Numbered from the stretch's first letter, positions 12,974-26,654 are shown. The stretch: DNA of 44,817 nucleotides from Priapulus caudatus (GCF_000485595.1 NW_014577063.1:3727-48543); one strand, 5' to 3'. Translations and numbers: made by a program. The notes: a model not told the origin generated them from the letters alone.

Positions 12974-15900
12974 GGCATGGATATTTATCAGAAGGTAACC
13001 ATGGCCGTAGTTCTGATGACAACGTTATAATTGTGTGTGTAGAGGACCACTAGTTTCTCGTCGTTATAGCAACCAACCGAACCATGCATGTATGTAGTAG
13101 AGCTACGATAACTTTAAAACGATCCTCAACGATCTGTAACGATTCTCATTGTTATTGCAGTCATGCTGCGTCATCCATTGTTCAGCTGCGGGAAGATTCC
13201 CTTACGTCACTATCCCACGCGTGTCCAGTGGAGCTAGACAGTCGCACAGAATTCAGCCGTACGGAGAAAATTCGGTGACACAAGGGAGAGAGACGTACGA
13301 CGGCTCCCATAACAACGGATACCGCGGCCCCCCTTACAAGCAACCGCGGCGGTCATTCGGTAGGCTACGCTTGTTTCTGCGCCTGAAGGTCAACGAGGTC
13401 ACGAGACTCGTTACGGCGATGACGTAATTTTTCTCGTTGATCCTACGAGCATCCATCGTATGCTAATATTGTATTTGATGTTATCCTGCAAAGTACTTTC
13501 CACGTTAATGTTCCCACCTTAAATGGATACTACACCTTAGAATTTTAGGGTATATATATTATGGTAATTATAAACGAATAATGGTATATACCTACAAATT
13601 TTTATAATCCATTACATTTACATATTTGTCATAAAACAACTGAGTTTCGAAATCTTTATTTTTGGCCGCTGACATGACATATGGCATCCTGCTATTGTGC
13701 TGCCACTCTTAAGAAGTGCTTTTACCGATTTATTTTGCACGTTACAGACCGAAGGCTAATCACAAAAGTGTAGGACTAACTATATTTATACCTAGCTGTT
13801 ATTTAACCGAATGTCTATATTGTAACTGAATCTAAAAATCTAAAGGTTGTTTATATGATATTGCATTCCTTCTCCTCTTAAATGAATAAATAAGAAACAG
13901 CCTTAGTCTGTATAGCCTGCAGCCAAAAAGTTGCGATGCGCAACAATGAAAGTAGATGGATTAGTAGTGGCGCCACCGTCGCTGTAAGCAACGATACAGA
14001 CGTTGGTTTTAAAACGTTAAAAAATCATTTTTTAATGCATATATTGAACAATGAAATTTTTTATATGGCGTATTTAAGCCTACTTTAACTAAAAATAAGC
14101 AAGGAACCTAGGGTTATATGTATCCCTTTAAATAGTTTTGTTTGTCTTTGATCGAGTTTCACTGACATTATATTGTCACATTGATGCCCACAGAGAGCGA
14201 GGTGTAGGTTTACTGTGCATATATAGCATCTGTGCGTGCCTACTGCGCTGAATTTCTACATCTCAATGCACATTGACTGGTAAACGAAGACCATTTTGCT
14301 TGGTTTTTACTTCATTGTTCATTGCCTATTCAGTTTGGTTGTTTTTTAAGGGGTTTATTTATATTGCTATCCATCGTGATTCCAATGCTTAGAATAATTA
14401 CAAGCTCCTATAGAAACTAATTAAGGCACTCACTGCAGTATTGTCGCAATCCTTACAATGGGCGGACCTAGCAGCTATCTATACCTCTATAGATGTTACA
14501 AATCACGGAGTGTGGGAACGGATATATACCCAGGGCCGTAGCGAACTCATTTTGCCTGGGGGCGCAGCATGGTTTGTGTTCCGGACAGTGGGAAGTTAGC
14601 CATTAGCCACATGTAAGAGTATTTACAATGTTCTGGAGGGCAAGCGAGTCTCTTGCCTCGCCGCCAGCTGCGGGCTTACTCATACCGCCGTCTGTTTCCC
14701 GGCGTGTCATCTTATATTTGTACTTCTGATTTGTTAGGGTTTCAGTCGTCGCGTCGCCGTCCTACTCACTATCTGAGATTGCCGGAGCCCCACTATCCAG
14801 TACACTATGCTGCCCATCCCCGACACCAGCTGACGTTTGACGACGATATAACTACATTCAGGAACAGCCAGGCAGCTCTCATAGCCGCCCTGCAAGCAGA
14901 GAAGGCAGCAATCGAGATGCTGTTGGCCAGCAATCCCATCGCAGGTAAAGCTGCCAGAATAGAATAGAAGAGAGAGTGCGCGTACGAGAGACGATGGCGG
15001 AGAATGAGAGAGAGCGCGCGTAGGAGAACGAGAGACAGAGAGAGGTGGTTAGAGTGACACGCACGCACGCACGCACGCAGGCACGCAGGTACGCACGCAC
15101 GCACGCTCACACGCACACACGCACGCACGCACGCGCACACACATATATAGATATACATAGAAATACGAAAAAGTATTATACCGAAGAGAAAACGCGCCTG
15201 CGAAACAAAATATCGCTCGTGATTTCTCCTGTTACAGTTAACAGGCAAATACGGTGGGAATGCGGGAAACCTATACTTTACATGTTGTTATTATCAATCC
15301 TGTGATACTCAGTTAGATCTGATCATAATATGAACCAATTATGAGAGCAGAATGACTGGGGTTAGTACCAATAGCGGTATTGATCACTGTCACACGTGTC
15401 CATCATCGGTAACCTTTTGTCGTCATGGAGTTATTTCTCTCGTCAGTTGTATTGTATATGCGTAGTAAAAATGCCTGTATTGTATTGTATTATTTTCGTA
15501 TCGTTTAGTATTATATTGTTGTGTATTACTTAAGAATTTCAGTATTTTAACAGCTTTTTATACTATTGCAACGATGATTTTTATAAATGAAAAGACTGTA
15601 TTACTGCTGTATTGCTACGATTTTGGGGTTCTGTCGTGTATCGTCTGCACACTTATACAAACGACTTCACGTCCGTGACATCATACAACTGTGTGCGCAC
15701 GAAGCTTGACACGACCTTGACACGTCTAGAGGTCACCATTGCTGACGAGGAGGCTTGCAGCTTCAGCCTAAACATGCGTGGAAGCTTAGGATAGCTTCCT
15801 TTAGACGTGAGCACGTGCACAATTCGCGTGTCCCCTGTGCAAGGTCACGTTGGGCTGATGAGTTGGTAACGGGAGATATATATGAAAGTTGCCAGACAGT

Positions 15901-17255
15901 ATACTGACGTGGATATATTCTTGGATTGACTTCGTATTTTCTTGAATTAATTATAAATACTATTGTAATTGGCTAGTGTGTCTAGTAAAAGACAATTATT
16001 TAGCCAAGTGCTGCATTATTCCGTGTTTCTGATTTTGTCACTGTCGTCGTTGGTCAGAATGACACGTGTCTGGCAGTGGAGGTACAAGACCGGACGTGTC
16101 ACCCCTGTGGAGCGATCACGGCCTGATCAACCACCCACAAGCGGATAACGATATAATATATTTATTGTCACGATAAACGCAAGGGCGACTTAGGCAACAA
16201 TAACTATATTCCGTAGATTAAAACCAAAGAGGAATACAGATTTCCTTGTACATATAGACAAATGTCATCCGCGGCTGCCTATTCAGACGTCACAAACATT
16301 CTATACGTACATGGCACCTATCAGTGAGGTCACAGGTCAACGGGGTTCATCGTATCATCAATACACCTGACATGGCTGATTGTGTAAACATTGAGTTGAT
16401 ACGTATGATCGATGCACCTGACCACTCTCAATTCTGCGAAACCGCAAATCGATTTCTTATCCGAACCGTAAAACCTCCGTGCGCTTTCATCTTTACTTAT
16501 AGTTTGGTCGCGAATGTTAGCTGTGGCCGTCGGTCGCGCCTCACGCTACAAAATAAACTTGTTATTTTGAGCTGTTTGTTCCGTGCGCGATCAATAGCAA
16601 CGAGAACACAAACTTACATACTTTTAAAATGAATGCATCCTTACGCAATCTGACGCCAGGCTACGATTGGAACCCTAATTAGAGCATGGAAACCATATAT
16701 AGGTAAAACTCGCCCGACAACCATAAATGCAGTGACAGCTACGTGACAAATGCACGTAGACAGCTAGGCCGTGTAGAAACCTAGCCATCTAGATAGACTG
16801 CAGACTCGATACAACGGTCGCTCGACATGGCGCGGTGAAAGAGTTGNNNNNNNNNNNNNNNNNNNNNNNNNNNNNNNNNNNNNNNNNNNNNNNNNNNNNN
16901 NNNNNNNNNNNNNNNNNNNNNNNNNNNNNNNNNNNNNNNNNNNNNNNNNNNNNNNNNNNNNNNNNNNNNNNNNNNNNNNNNNNNNNNNNNNNNNNNNNNN
17001 NNNNNNNNNNNNNNNNNNNNNNNNNNNNNNNNNNNNNNNNNNNNNNNNNNNNNNNNNNNNNNNNNNNNNNNNNNNNAAGAGAGGATCTGGCAAGCACGCA
17101 CGGGCTTCGCTCTTAAACGTTTATATCAGACTATTAACAAATAAAACCAGCCAGCACGGCTGCATACTTTGTGCTGTACCATTGCGACCCGACACTGATA
17201 GACGTGTAGAAGCATGATTCACAAATACACAATACAACATACACATACACACATA

Positions 17256-17300
<45 letters not shown>

Positions 17301-17471
17301 ACATACACACATACACACACACACACACGCCGCACCAGCCGCAGACACCACAGCACGCACGCCACGCACGCACGCACGCACGCACGCACGCACGGCACCA
17401 GCGCACGCACGCACGCACGCAAGCACGCACGACCACACACACACACACACACCACACACACCGCACACACA

Positions 17472-17510
<39 letters not shown>

Positions 17511-20500
17511 CACACACCACACACACCACACTACGCACGCACGTACGCATGCACGGCACGCACGCAACGCACGCAGGCACGGCAGGTACGCACGCACGCA
17601 CGCTCACACGCACACACGCACAGCACGCACGCGCACACACATATATAGATATACATAGAAATACGAAAAAGTATTATACCGAAGAGAAAACGCGCCTCGC
17701 GAAACAAAATATCGCTCGTGATTTCTCCTGTTAAAGTTAACAGGCAAATACGGTGGAATGCGGAACCTATACTTTACATGTTGTTATTATCAATCCTGTG
17801 ATACTCAGTTAGATCTGATCATAATATGAACCAATTATGAGAGCAGAATGACTGGGGTTAGTACCAATACGGTATTGATCACTGTCACACGTGTCCATCA
17901 TCGGTAACCTTTTGTCGTCATGGAGTTATTTCTCTCGTCAGTTGTATTGTATATGCGTAGTAAAAATGCCTGTATTGTATTGTATTATTTTCGTATCGTT
18001 TTAGTATTATATTGTTGTGTATTACTTAAGAATTTCAGTATTTTAACAGCTTTTTATACTATTGCAACGATGATTTTTATAAATGAAAAGACTGTATTAC
18101 TGGCTGTATTGCTACGATTTGGGGTTCTGTCGTGTATCGTCTGCACACCTTATACAAACGACTTCACGTCCGTGACATCATACAACTGTGTGCGCACCGA
18201 AGCTTGACACGAACCTTGACACGTCTAGAGGTCATCATTGCTGACGAGGAGGCTTGCAGCTTCAGCCTAAACATGCGTGGAAGATTAGGATAGCTTCCTT
18301 TAGACGTGAGCACGTGGCACAATTCGCGTGTCCCCTGTGCAAGGTCACGTTGGCGATGAGTTGGTAACGGGAGATATATATGAAAGTTGCCAGACAGTAA
18401 TACTGACGTGGATATATTCTTAGATTGACTTTCGTATTTTCTTGATTAATTATAAATACTATTGTAATTGGCTAGTGTGTCTAGTAAAACAATTATTTAG
18501 CCAAGTGCTGCATTATTCCGTGTTTCTGATTTTGTCATTGTCGTCGTTGGCCAGAATGACACGTGTCTGGCAGTGGAGGTACAAGACCGGACGTGTCACC
18601 GCTGTGGGACGATCACGGCCTGATCAACCACCCCACAAGCGGATAACGATATAATATATTTATTGTCACGATAAACGCAAGGGCGACTTAGGCAACAATA
18701 ACTATATTCCGTAGATTAAAACCAAAGAGGAATACAGATTTCCTTGTACATATAGACAAATGTCATCCGCGGCTGCCTATTCATGACGTCACAAACATTC
18801 TATAACACACATGGCACCTATCAGGGGGTCACAGGTCAACGGGGTTCATCGTATCATCAATGCACCTGACATGGCTGATTGTGTAAACATTGAGTTGATA
18901 CGTATGATCGATGCACCTGACCACTCTCCATTCTGCGCAAACCGGCAAATCGATTTCTTATCCGAACCGTAAAACCCCGTGCGCTTTCATCTTTACTTAT
19001 AGTTTGGTCGCTAATGTTAGCTGTGCCGTCGGTCGCGGCCTCACGCTACAAAATAAACTTGTTATTTGCGCTGTTTGTTCCGTGCGCGATCATAGCAACG
19101 AGAACACAAACTTACATACTTTTAAAATGAATGCATCCCTACGCAATCTGACGCCAGGCTACGATTGGAACCCTAATTAGAGCATGGAAATCATAGGTTA
19201 AACTCGCCCGACAACCATAAATGCAGTGACAGCTACGTGACAAATACACGTAGACAGCTAGGCCGTGTAGAAACCTAGCCATCTAGATAGACTGCTGACC
19301 CGATACACAACGGTGGCTCGACATGGCGCGGTCAAAGAGTTGAACGCCTCCCTACTCCAATTAACTACAAGCTAGTTACCACGACCGTTTGTTTTCTCTT
19401 TTTATAAAAAGAGATATAAATATATATCTGTCTATTGGAGTGGGTCTGCCCAGCCTGATACTGCGCTAGAAAAATCCGACCTACAAAATTCGCTTTGGCT
19501 CGCAGCATCTCCCTACGATTGCCCACCTTAGCTCTGAGTTAACCAGGCATCTCTCTTCTTTCTCACGCTCAAGCACGCGGACAGCACGCACGCAGCGCAG
19601 CACGCACGCACCACGCACACTACACAACCATTCATCAAACCACAATTAAGCATCGCACGCCGAACGCGTACTATATGCTACGCTAGTATATCCTTTCCTC
19701 CTGGAACAAAATGATAAGACGATTTAAATTTGATAACGACATGATCTAAATTAACATCATGATCTAATTGAATGTTTTTTTACGTTTATTAAACGTGCAT
19801 GTAATGAATGATGTAGGTAAAGCAGTAATGTATTATTACTCGGCATCTCGCTTGTGCATTCACAAACCGTCTAGCGCGTACACACGCGCGCGCACACACC
19901 ACACACACACTACACACGCACGCACGCACGCACGCACACAGCACACACACACAGCGCAGCACGCACGCACCGCACGCACGCACACACACACACACTACAC
20001 ACACTTACACGCGCACTAACTCCCACGCATACGCTGGCATATACATGCAGCAGGCAGCACGCACACCCCACACACACGCGCATATACACGTACAGACACA
20101 CGCACACCGCCACACACACGCGCATATACATGCACAGGCACACGCACACCCACACACAACGCTCATATACAGGCACATGCACACCACACACCCACACACA
20201 CGCTCATATACACACCCACACACACACACTCTAATACACGTACAGGCGCACGCAACACACCACACCACCACACTCTTATACACGCACAGCCACACGCACA
20301 CCCACGCATACGCTCATAATACACGCACAGGCACACGCAAACCCCACACACACGCATACGCTCATCACCATTGACCTCTTGACCTCCTATAATACAGCTA
20401 ATTAATTATGCTAATTAGGTCAATACTACTTAAGGGCTTTGGAATTGAAGCACTTAATCATTCCTGTATGTAAATCTAAACGTAAAGGAGAAAAGGCATC

Positions 20501-22227
20501 ATAAAGAGTATTATATAATATCACAAAAAAGCAACACATTAAGGAGAATTTGGCATTTATTTTCGAAGATTTCTTCACATTTAACCTATTATTTTAGATG
20601 TTGAACCCTTATAACTCTATTAAAATATTCGATATTCGATTAAAAAATCAATGTTATATGAAAGTACAAGAAAAAATAAAACATATATAAAATTTGACCA
20701 TCATTTGACTTTGATTCTCAAATTTGACCTTCAAGGTTAAATGTCAGTTTGGAAACCGAGTGATTCTGAAAGGCCTGGATTATAGTGATACTTTCTAGCC
20801 GGGTTGCCAGCTTTGAACAAAAAATGCCATCAAAGGTTTTTTGAGCATATTTCCTGGGTTGGACTGCCGACTAAATCGCTGGCATGACCTTCGGCACCAC
20901 CGACATTGTTATTGTAGTACCGGTGTTTTAAGCTAACAGAAAGAGAGAGGCGAATTCAGCACACCACCAATCGTTCAGGGAGCGGCCGCGATGAGCGCCA
21001 GAAGACATTAGCTGCATAACTTAAGTGGACATAAATTAACGTTACAGAAGGCATTCTTAATGGTTACGAACACATTAATTAACTTCCGCCAAGAAATGCG
21101 GGGTAGTTTTATCAAACAGAGGAATTTAATCCCAAGGGGGTACCATCCGGACGGTAGTCGCGAGCGGTCATTGAACCACGACCCTTGACAGCTAACGAGG
21201 AAGACAAGTCGGACGAAGATGGAGAAAGAATAAACGATCACAGGTTTGGTAGAACGGAGAGACCGTCGACTACAGCTCGGTATGTGTACAATGTTGCATG
21301 CGACGTGTTAATAATGAAACTATGGTTGTCACACCAGTTTTACACAACCGTTACGTTCTAACATGTCTAACGAACCGATATCCCACTCTTACATTATCAC
21401 AAGCACGCATGTGGTCCATAGCGTAATATAACGCACGCCTGTGACGCGACAATCGGTTTCGTCGTCGCTTTTGTGTTAGCTTTAGGAAATGCGAAATTAT
21501 GTATGGTAGGACTAGTAAGGATATCGCGACTTAATCTAATTGTCACGCACGACGACTGAGCTCCTAACACCGTGCGTACGAAAGTGCGGTCCGACGCGCC
21601 CTGACCAATTGGGCGACTTATGTCACGCACAGCTTCCACTTCAGTCGTATTTTTCAATCTGGACGCATTAATCTACATTCACGCTATATCAAAGCGCGAA
21701 GATTCTCAGAGAGGCGCGTACACTTGAGAGCATCATACTTGAGCGCGAGTATATGTTATGTAGAGAGCCGCGTGTGTAGGTTGGGAAACAACCATTGCTA
21801 AATCTGGCAGACCGCGTGGTGTCGAGTGTGTCAAGCTGTGTTGAGCTAGGACATATATATCATCTGAAATTGATAAGGTCATCAACGGAATAGGATTTGG
21901 CACGAACAGTGAACAGTATCAGCGTGGCAATAACGGGACCATGAAAATGATGACGGGCCGTGACTACTATTATCTGCCTTCCTGGTTATCTTCGCTGTCA
22001 GGTAAGTGAGTTTGAAAACCGTTGTCTAAATCAGCGTGCGTGCGCAGCGGCTGCGGAAGTATGTGCGCTATGTACGTGATTGCCCGTGTGGTGTGTGTTG
22101 TGTGTGTGTGTTGTGTGTGTGTGTGTGTTGTGTGTGTGTGTGTGGTGGCTGTGTGTGTGTGTGTGGTGCGCCTTGTGTGTGTGTGTGGTGTGTGTTTGTG
22201 TGTGTGTCTGTGTGTGTGTGTGCTGTG

Positions 22228-22258
<31 letters not shown>

Positions 22259-24715
22259 TGTGGTGTGTGTGTGTGTGTGTTGCGTGTGTGTGTGCTGTGT
22301 GTGTGTGCGGGCAAATGGATTATTTATCAGAAGTAACCATGGCCGCTAGTTTCGTGATGCAACTTATAATTGTGTGTGTAAGAGGACCACTTAGTTTCTC
22401 GTCCGTTATAGCAACAGCAATTCCCGAACATGCACTGTACTGTAGTAGAGCAGTACTGATAGACTTTAAAACGATCTCCAACGATCGCTGTAGCGATTCT
22501 CGATTTTGTATTGCAGTCATGCTGCGTCATCCATTGTTCAGCCCCCTGCGGCGAAGATTCGCCTTACGTCAGCTATCCCACGCGTGTTCCAGTGAGCTAG
22601 ACAGTGCGCACCAGCGGCAAACTTCAGGCCGTACGGAGAAAAATTCCGGTCGACACACAGGAAGAGACGAGACGTACGACCGCTCCCAAATAACAACCGG
22701 ATACGCGCGCCTCGCGCGCCGCCTGCGCCCTTACATAGCAAGCCGCGCGCCGGTCAAATTCGGTCTAAGGGCTCTACGCTTGTGTTCTCTCGCGCCTGAA
22801 GGTCAACGAGGGTCAACGAGACTCGTTACGGCGATGACGTAATTTTTCTCGTTGATACTACGAGCATTCCTATCGTATGCTATATATGTGTAATTTGAAT
22901 GTGTATTCCTGCAAAGTAACTTTCCACCTTTTAATGTTCTCCACCTTAAAATTGGATTACTACATCCTTAGAATTTTAGGGTATATATGATTAATGGTAA
23001 TTATGAAACGAATAATGGTATATACGCTACGAATTTTATAATCCATTTACACTTTAACATAGTTTGTCCATAAAACAACTGAGTTTCGAATCTTTATTTT
23101 GGCCCGTGACATGAAGCATATGGCAAATCCTGCCTATTGTGCTGCCACTCTTAAGAAAGTGCTTTTACAACCCGCGATTATTTTGCACGTTACAGACGGA
23201 AGGCCATAATCCAAAAGTGTAAGGGACTAACTATATTTGATACCTACAACGCTTGTTATTTAACCGAATGTCTTAATATTGTAACTGAACTAAAAATCTA
23301 AAGCGGTTTGTTTATATTGTAATTGGTCAATTTCCTCTCCTCTTAAATGAATAAATAAAAGCAGTCACGCCTTAGTCTGTATAGCCTGCGCCAAAAAGTA
23401 TGCGAATGCGCACAACAATGAAAGTAGATGGATTAGTAGTGCGGCGCACCGTCGTCTGTGAACAACGATTACAGACGCGTATGGTCTTATAAAACGTTAA
23501 AAAATCATTTTTTTATATCACCATATATTTGAACAATGAAATTTTTGTATATGGCGTATTTAAGCCAACTTTAACCTAAAATAAGCGAAGGAACCTAGGG
23601 TTATAACGTATCCCCTTTAAATAGTTTTTGTTTGTCTTGATCGACGTTTCACTGACAATTATATTGTCACATTGATGCCCACAGAGACGGCCGGAGGTGT
23701 AGGTTTTACTGTGCATATTATAGCAATCTGTGCGTTGCCACTGCGCCTGGAATTATTCTACTCTCAAATCGCAACATTGACCTGGTAAACGAAAGAACAT
23801 TTTGCCTCTGGTTTTTACTCTCATTGTTCATTGCCATATTCAGTTTGGTTGTTTTTTTAAAGGGGGTTTTATTTATATTGCTATCCATCGTGATTCCAAT
23901 GCTTAGCAATTAATTGACTAAGCTCCTATAGAAAACTGACATTAGGCACCTCACTGCAGTTTCGTCGCAATTCCTTACACAACTGGCGCGAGCCTACAGC
24001 GCTATCTATAAGGGCCTCTAATAGATGTTTAGCACAATCACGGAGTTGTGGAAACGGATATATACCCCAGGGCCGTAGCGAACTCATTTGCCTGGGGGCG
24101 CAGGCATGGTTTGTGTTCCTGACGAGTGGAAGTTAGCCATTAGCCACATGTAAGAGTAAATTCACAATGTTCTGCAAGGGCAAGCGAGTCTCTTGCCTCG
24201 GCCGCAGCTGCGGGCTTACTCATACCGCCGTCTGTTTCCCGGCGTTCATCTATATTTGTACTTCTGATTTGTTAGGGTTTTCAGTGCGTCGCGTTGCGCC
24301 GTCCTAACTCACTATCTGAGATTGCCGGAGCCCCACTTACCAGTACACTAATGCTGCCCATCCCCGACACCCAGCTGACGTTTGACGACGAATATAACTA
24401 ATTCAGGAACAGCCAGGCAGCTCTCATAGCCGCCCTGCAAGCAGAGAAGGCAGCAATCGAGATGCTGTTGGCCAGGCAATCCCATCGCAGGTAAAGCTGC
24501 CCAGAATAGAATAGAAAGAGAGAGTGCGCGTGCGAGAGACGATGGCGGAGAATGAGAGAGAGCGGCGCGTAGGAGAACGAGAGACAGAGAGAGGTGGTTT
24601 AGAGTGGGCGAGAGTGATAGAGAATGAGAAGAGAAAGAGAGAGGATATATATATCAATAATATATATATAATAATATATAATATATATATATATAATCCC
24701 TATTATCTACTCCTG

Positions 24716-24771
<56 letters not shown>

Positions 24772-24838
24772 CGAGAGAGAGAGAGAGAGAGAATATAATC
24801 CCTATTATCTACTCCCTGATATGTATATATATATATAT

Positions 24839-24876
<38 letters not shown>

Positions 24877-24958
24877 AATCCCTATTATCTATTATCTACT
24901 TCTGATAATAAGTAGAGAGAGAGAGAGAGAGAGTAAAATATACTACTATTATATTATA

Positions 24959-25013
<55 letters not shown>

Positions 25014-25676
25014 GAGTAAATAATCCCAAAGAGGGGAGTAAGAGAACGATGCTTTAAAGGCCTTTTAGTCAATTTCCATTATAATCGAACACTATAATGA
25101 TGACATCGTACGCATGTATAATCATGCATCGTGCACTGCAATCAGACTATATACCGCGCCTTATACGCTCCAGATGGAATCACTCCGATCCCAACAATGA
25201 CCTGCGAGGACGATGCGCCGATCACCATCACGTGTGGTATGACGCAGATATCTACGATCATGGTGACGTACGGTTACGACCCTGCAACCGACGGCACCAC
25301 GTGCACTAATGACCCCATGACTACTGACCTCACCGGCTGTATGGTTAATGACGTTACGTCTACCTTTAGTGCTGGTTGTGTAGGGTCGACTAGCTGCGTT
25401 TTAGACATTTCCGACATGACCATTGGGACTGATCCATGTCCAATTGGTAACTCAATCGGGCGTGTAACCTATACGTGTTCTATACTAACAGACAGCCAGA
25501 TAGTATTCTTTGAGGCCCAGTACGCGCTCATCTGCTCGCAACTGGACGCGATCGAGACAACATCGGCGAACGTAGCCACCGTTTTCGATGCTATATTCAG
25601 TGACTTGACATCATGGAGCAAGTATTTAGTATTCAAACCCAAATACAGCCGTTACAACGGATATGGGAAACGTTAG
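12800..25676 (+). CDS. Secreted SUEL/Gal_Lectin-like domain protein, four coding exons, ~320 aa
   Basis: Exons 12800-12853, 13161-13359, 14738-14944 and 25174-25676 join in frame (963 nt including stop) with GT-AG sites. TATA box upstream and AATAAA downstream. Confidence 0.7.
13161..13359 (+). CDS. Exon 2 of the secreted protein (Arg/Tyr/Gly/Pro-rich: ..GRFPYVTIPRV..YDGSHNNGYRGPPYKQPRRSF)
   Basis: Acceptor ttctcattgttattgcag (alternative cag ending 13185), donor ttc g|gtaggc. GC-rich island in an AT-rich intron. The frame of the 5' half is uncertain because the two copies differ by indels. Confidence 0.6.
14738..14944 (+). CDS. Exon 3 of the secreted protein (GFQSSRRRPTHYLRLPEPHYPVHYAAHPRHQLTFDDDITTFRNSQAALIAALQAEKAAIEMLLASNPIA)
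   Basis: Acceptor ttctgatttgttag, donor gca g|gtaaag, phase 1-1, open frame, protein-like helix. Confidence 0.75.
15053..16846 (+). repeat. Duplicated block, partial copy 2 (ends at an N gap)
   Basis: Matches 8276-10277 and ~17590-19342; has private substitutions. Confidence 0.93.
17084..24606 (+). repeat. Duplicated block, copy 3 (indel density rises after ~20800)
   Basis: Colinear with 8030-15056; starts just after an N gap. Confidence 0.95.
21941..24490 (+). pseudogene. Second, frameshifted copy of exons 1-3 of the secreted SUEL protein (21941-22001, ~22517-22762, 24276-24490)
   Basis: Colinear with 12800-14944 but carries dense single-base insertions in exons and introns alike. This is the copy adjacent to the SUEL exon. 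Confidence 0.7.
24640..25010. repeat. Compound (TA)n/(GA)n microsatellite with three copies of ataatccctattatcta
   Basis: Direct inspection. Confidence 0.85.
25174..25676 (+). CDS. Terminal exon: SUEL-type (galactose/rhamnose-binding lectin fold) domain at 25203-25478 plus C-terminal helix and YNGYGKR-stop
   Basis: Eight Cys in SUEL spacing (TCE..ITC..YG..TC..GC..GCVGSTSC..GTDPCP..VTYTC). Acceptor gctccag|at gives phase 1, matching exon 3. Confidence 0.85.
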
Positions 25677-25977
25677 TTAAAGTAAATTGCATTGTGTATA
25701 TCGATTGCGCGGCATGGGCATCAATACAGCGAGTCTACCGAAATTGTGTGTCATTTACACGAAATGTAACGCATTTTATCGCTAAATTTTTAGCGAAAAT
25801 TGATTCAATTTGAATTTGAGCGAAAATTCAAACGTGTTGATATTATGTATGTTGACGATTATCTCAATGTTACGACTGGCGATGCTGTCCTATATAAACG
25901 ATGAAATCAAATTGGCTTCATTTTCGCTGTAATGTATGTTACTGACATGTAAAATTTTGTCAAAATATATTGCCTTT

Positions 25978-25987
25978 AATAAATAAA
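25978..25987 (+). terminator. Polyadenylation signal (overlapping AATAAATAAA)
   Basis: About 300 nt after the stop at 25676, followed by T/GT-rich sequence. Confidence 0.55.
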
Positions 25988-26198
25988 TTATTGCTTTTAT
26001 CTGTGTTTTCCCGTTAATTTCTGCCTCTAGTCACACATTTCTGTTACCAATGCATGCATAATGCACGTCAACGCCCATGCCACACCTGAGTCTTAGTAGA
26101 TGAATGACCAACAGGCTGGATGTAGCTGTTACTAGATCCATGTGATCAGATAGCATAACAGACATTGAATTCCTGGAAAGCTGAACATGGTGGGGGAG

Positions 26199-26479
26199 CA
26201 GGGGCGGATCTTGGAGGGGCCCGGGGGGTCCGGACCCCCTTTCATTTCAAAGCGCCCTAAAAAATTAAAAGATAATTTTCTGCTAAAAATTTGGAATTCC
26301 ATCTTGCATTCTAGATATCAAAATTACTGCTCAGATACTCTCAGAATGCACCAATTAAAAAAAAATTTCTTGGGGGAAGTCCCCCAAGCCCTACTAAAAC
26401 ACCAGAAAAATTAAAAAGGAAAAATTGCCCTTTATTTCTTCCTGGACATCCCTTTTCAAAAATCCTGGATCTGCCCCTG
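26199..26479. mobile_element. hAT-like MITE
   Basis: TIR CAGGGGCGGATCT / GGATCTGCCCCTG; G-rich flanks with an imperfect 8-bp TSD. Confidence 0.65.
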
Positions 26480-26654
26480 GGGGGGGGGGTTATAGGATGA
26501 CATTCACCGCCCCACTTTACGTCGCGCATTGGCAAGATACTAATTTATACACTTGCATTTATACACTTAATTTTTGCAATTTGCAATTTGCAAATTGGTG
26601 CAAATTGGTGTTTCACCCCCCCACCTCCTCGTAATCCTGGATTCGCCACATATC

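Larger units (their letters stand above)
8030..15056 (+). repeat. ~7 kb duplicated block, copy 1
   Basis: Colinear with 17084-24606; 8276-10277 also matches 15053-16846. Confidence 0.95.

Noticed and set aside
17920..18207. Hydrophobic 95-aa ORF resembling a membrane protein
   Set aside because: AT-rich non-coding sequence; the frame is not preserved in the other two copies of the block.
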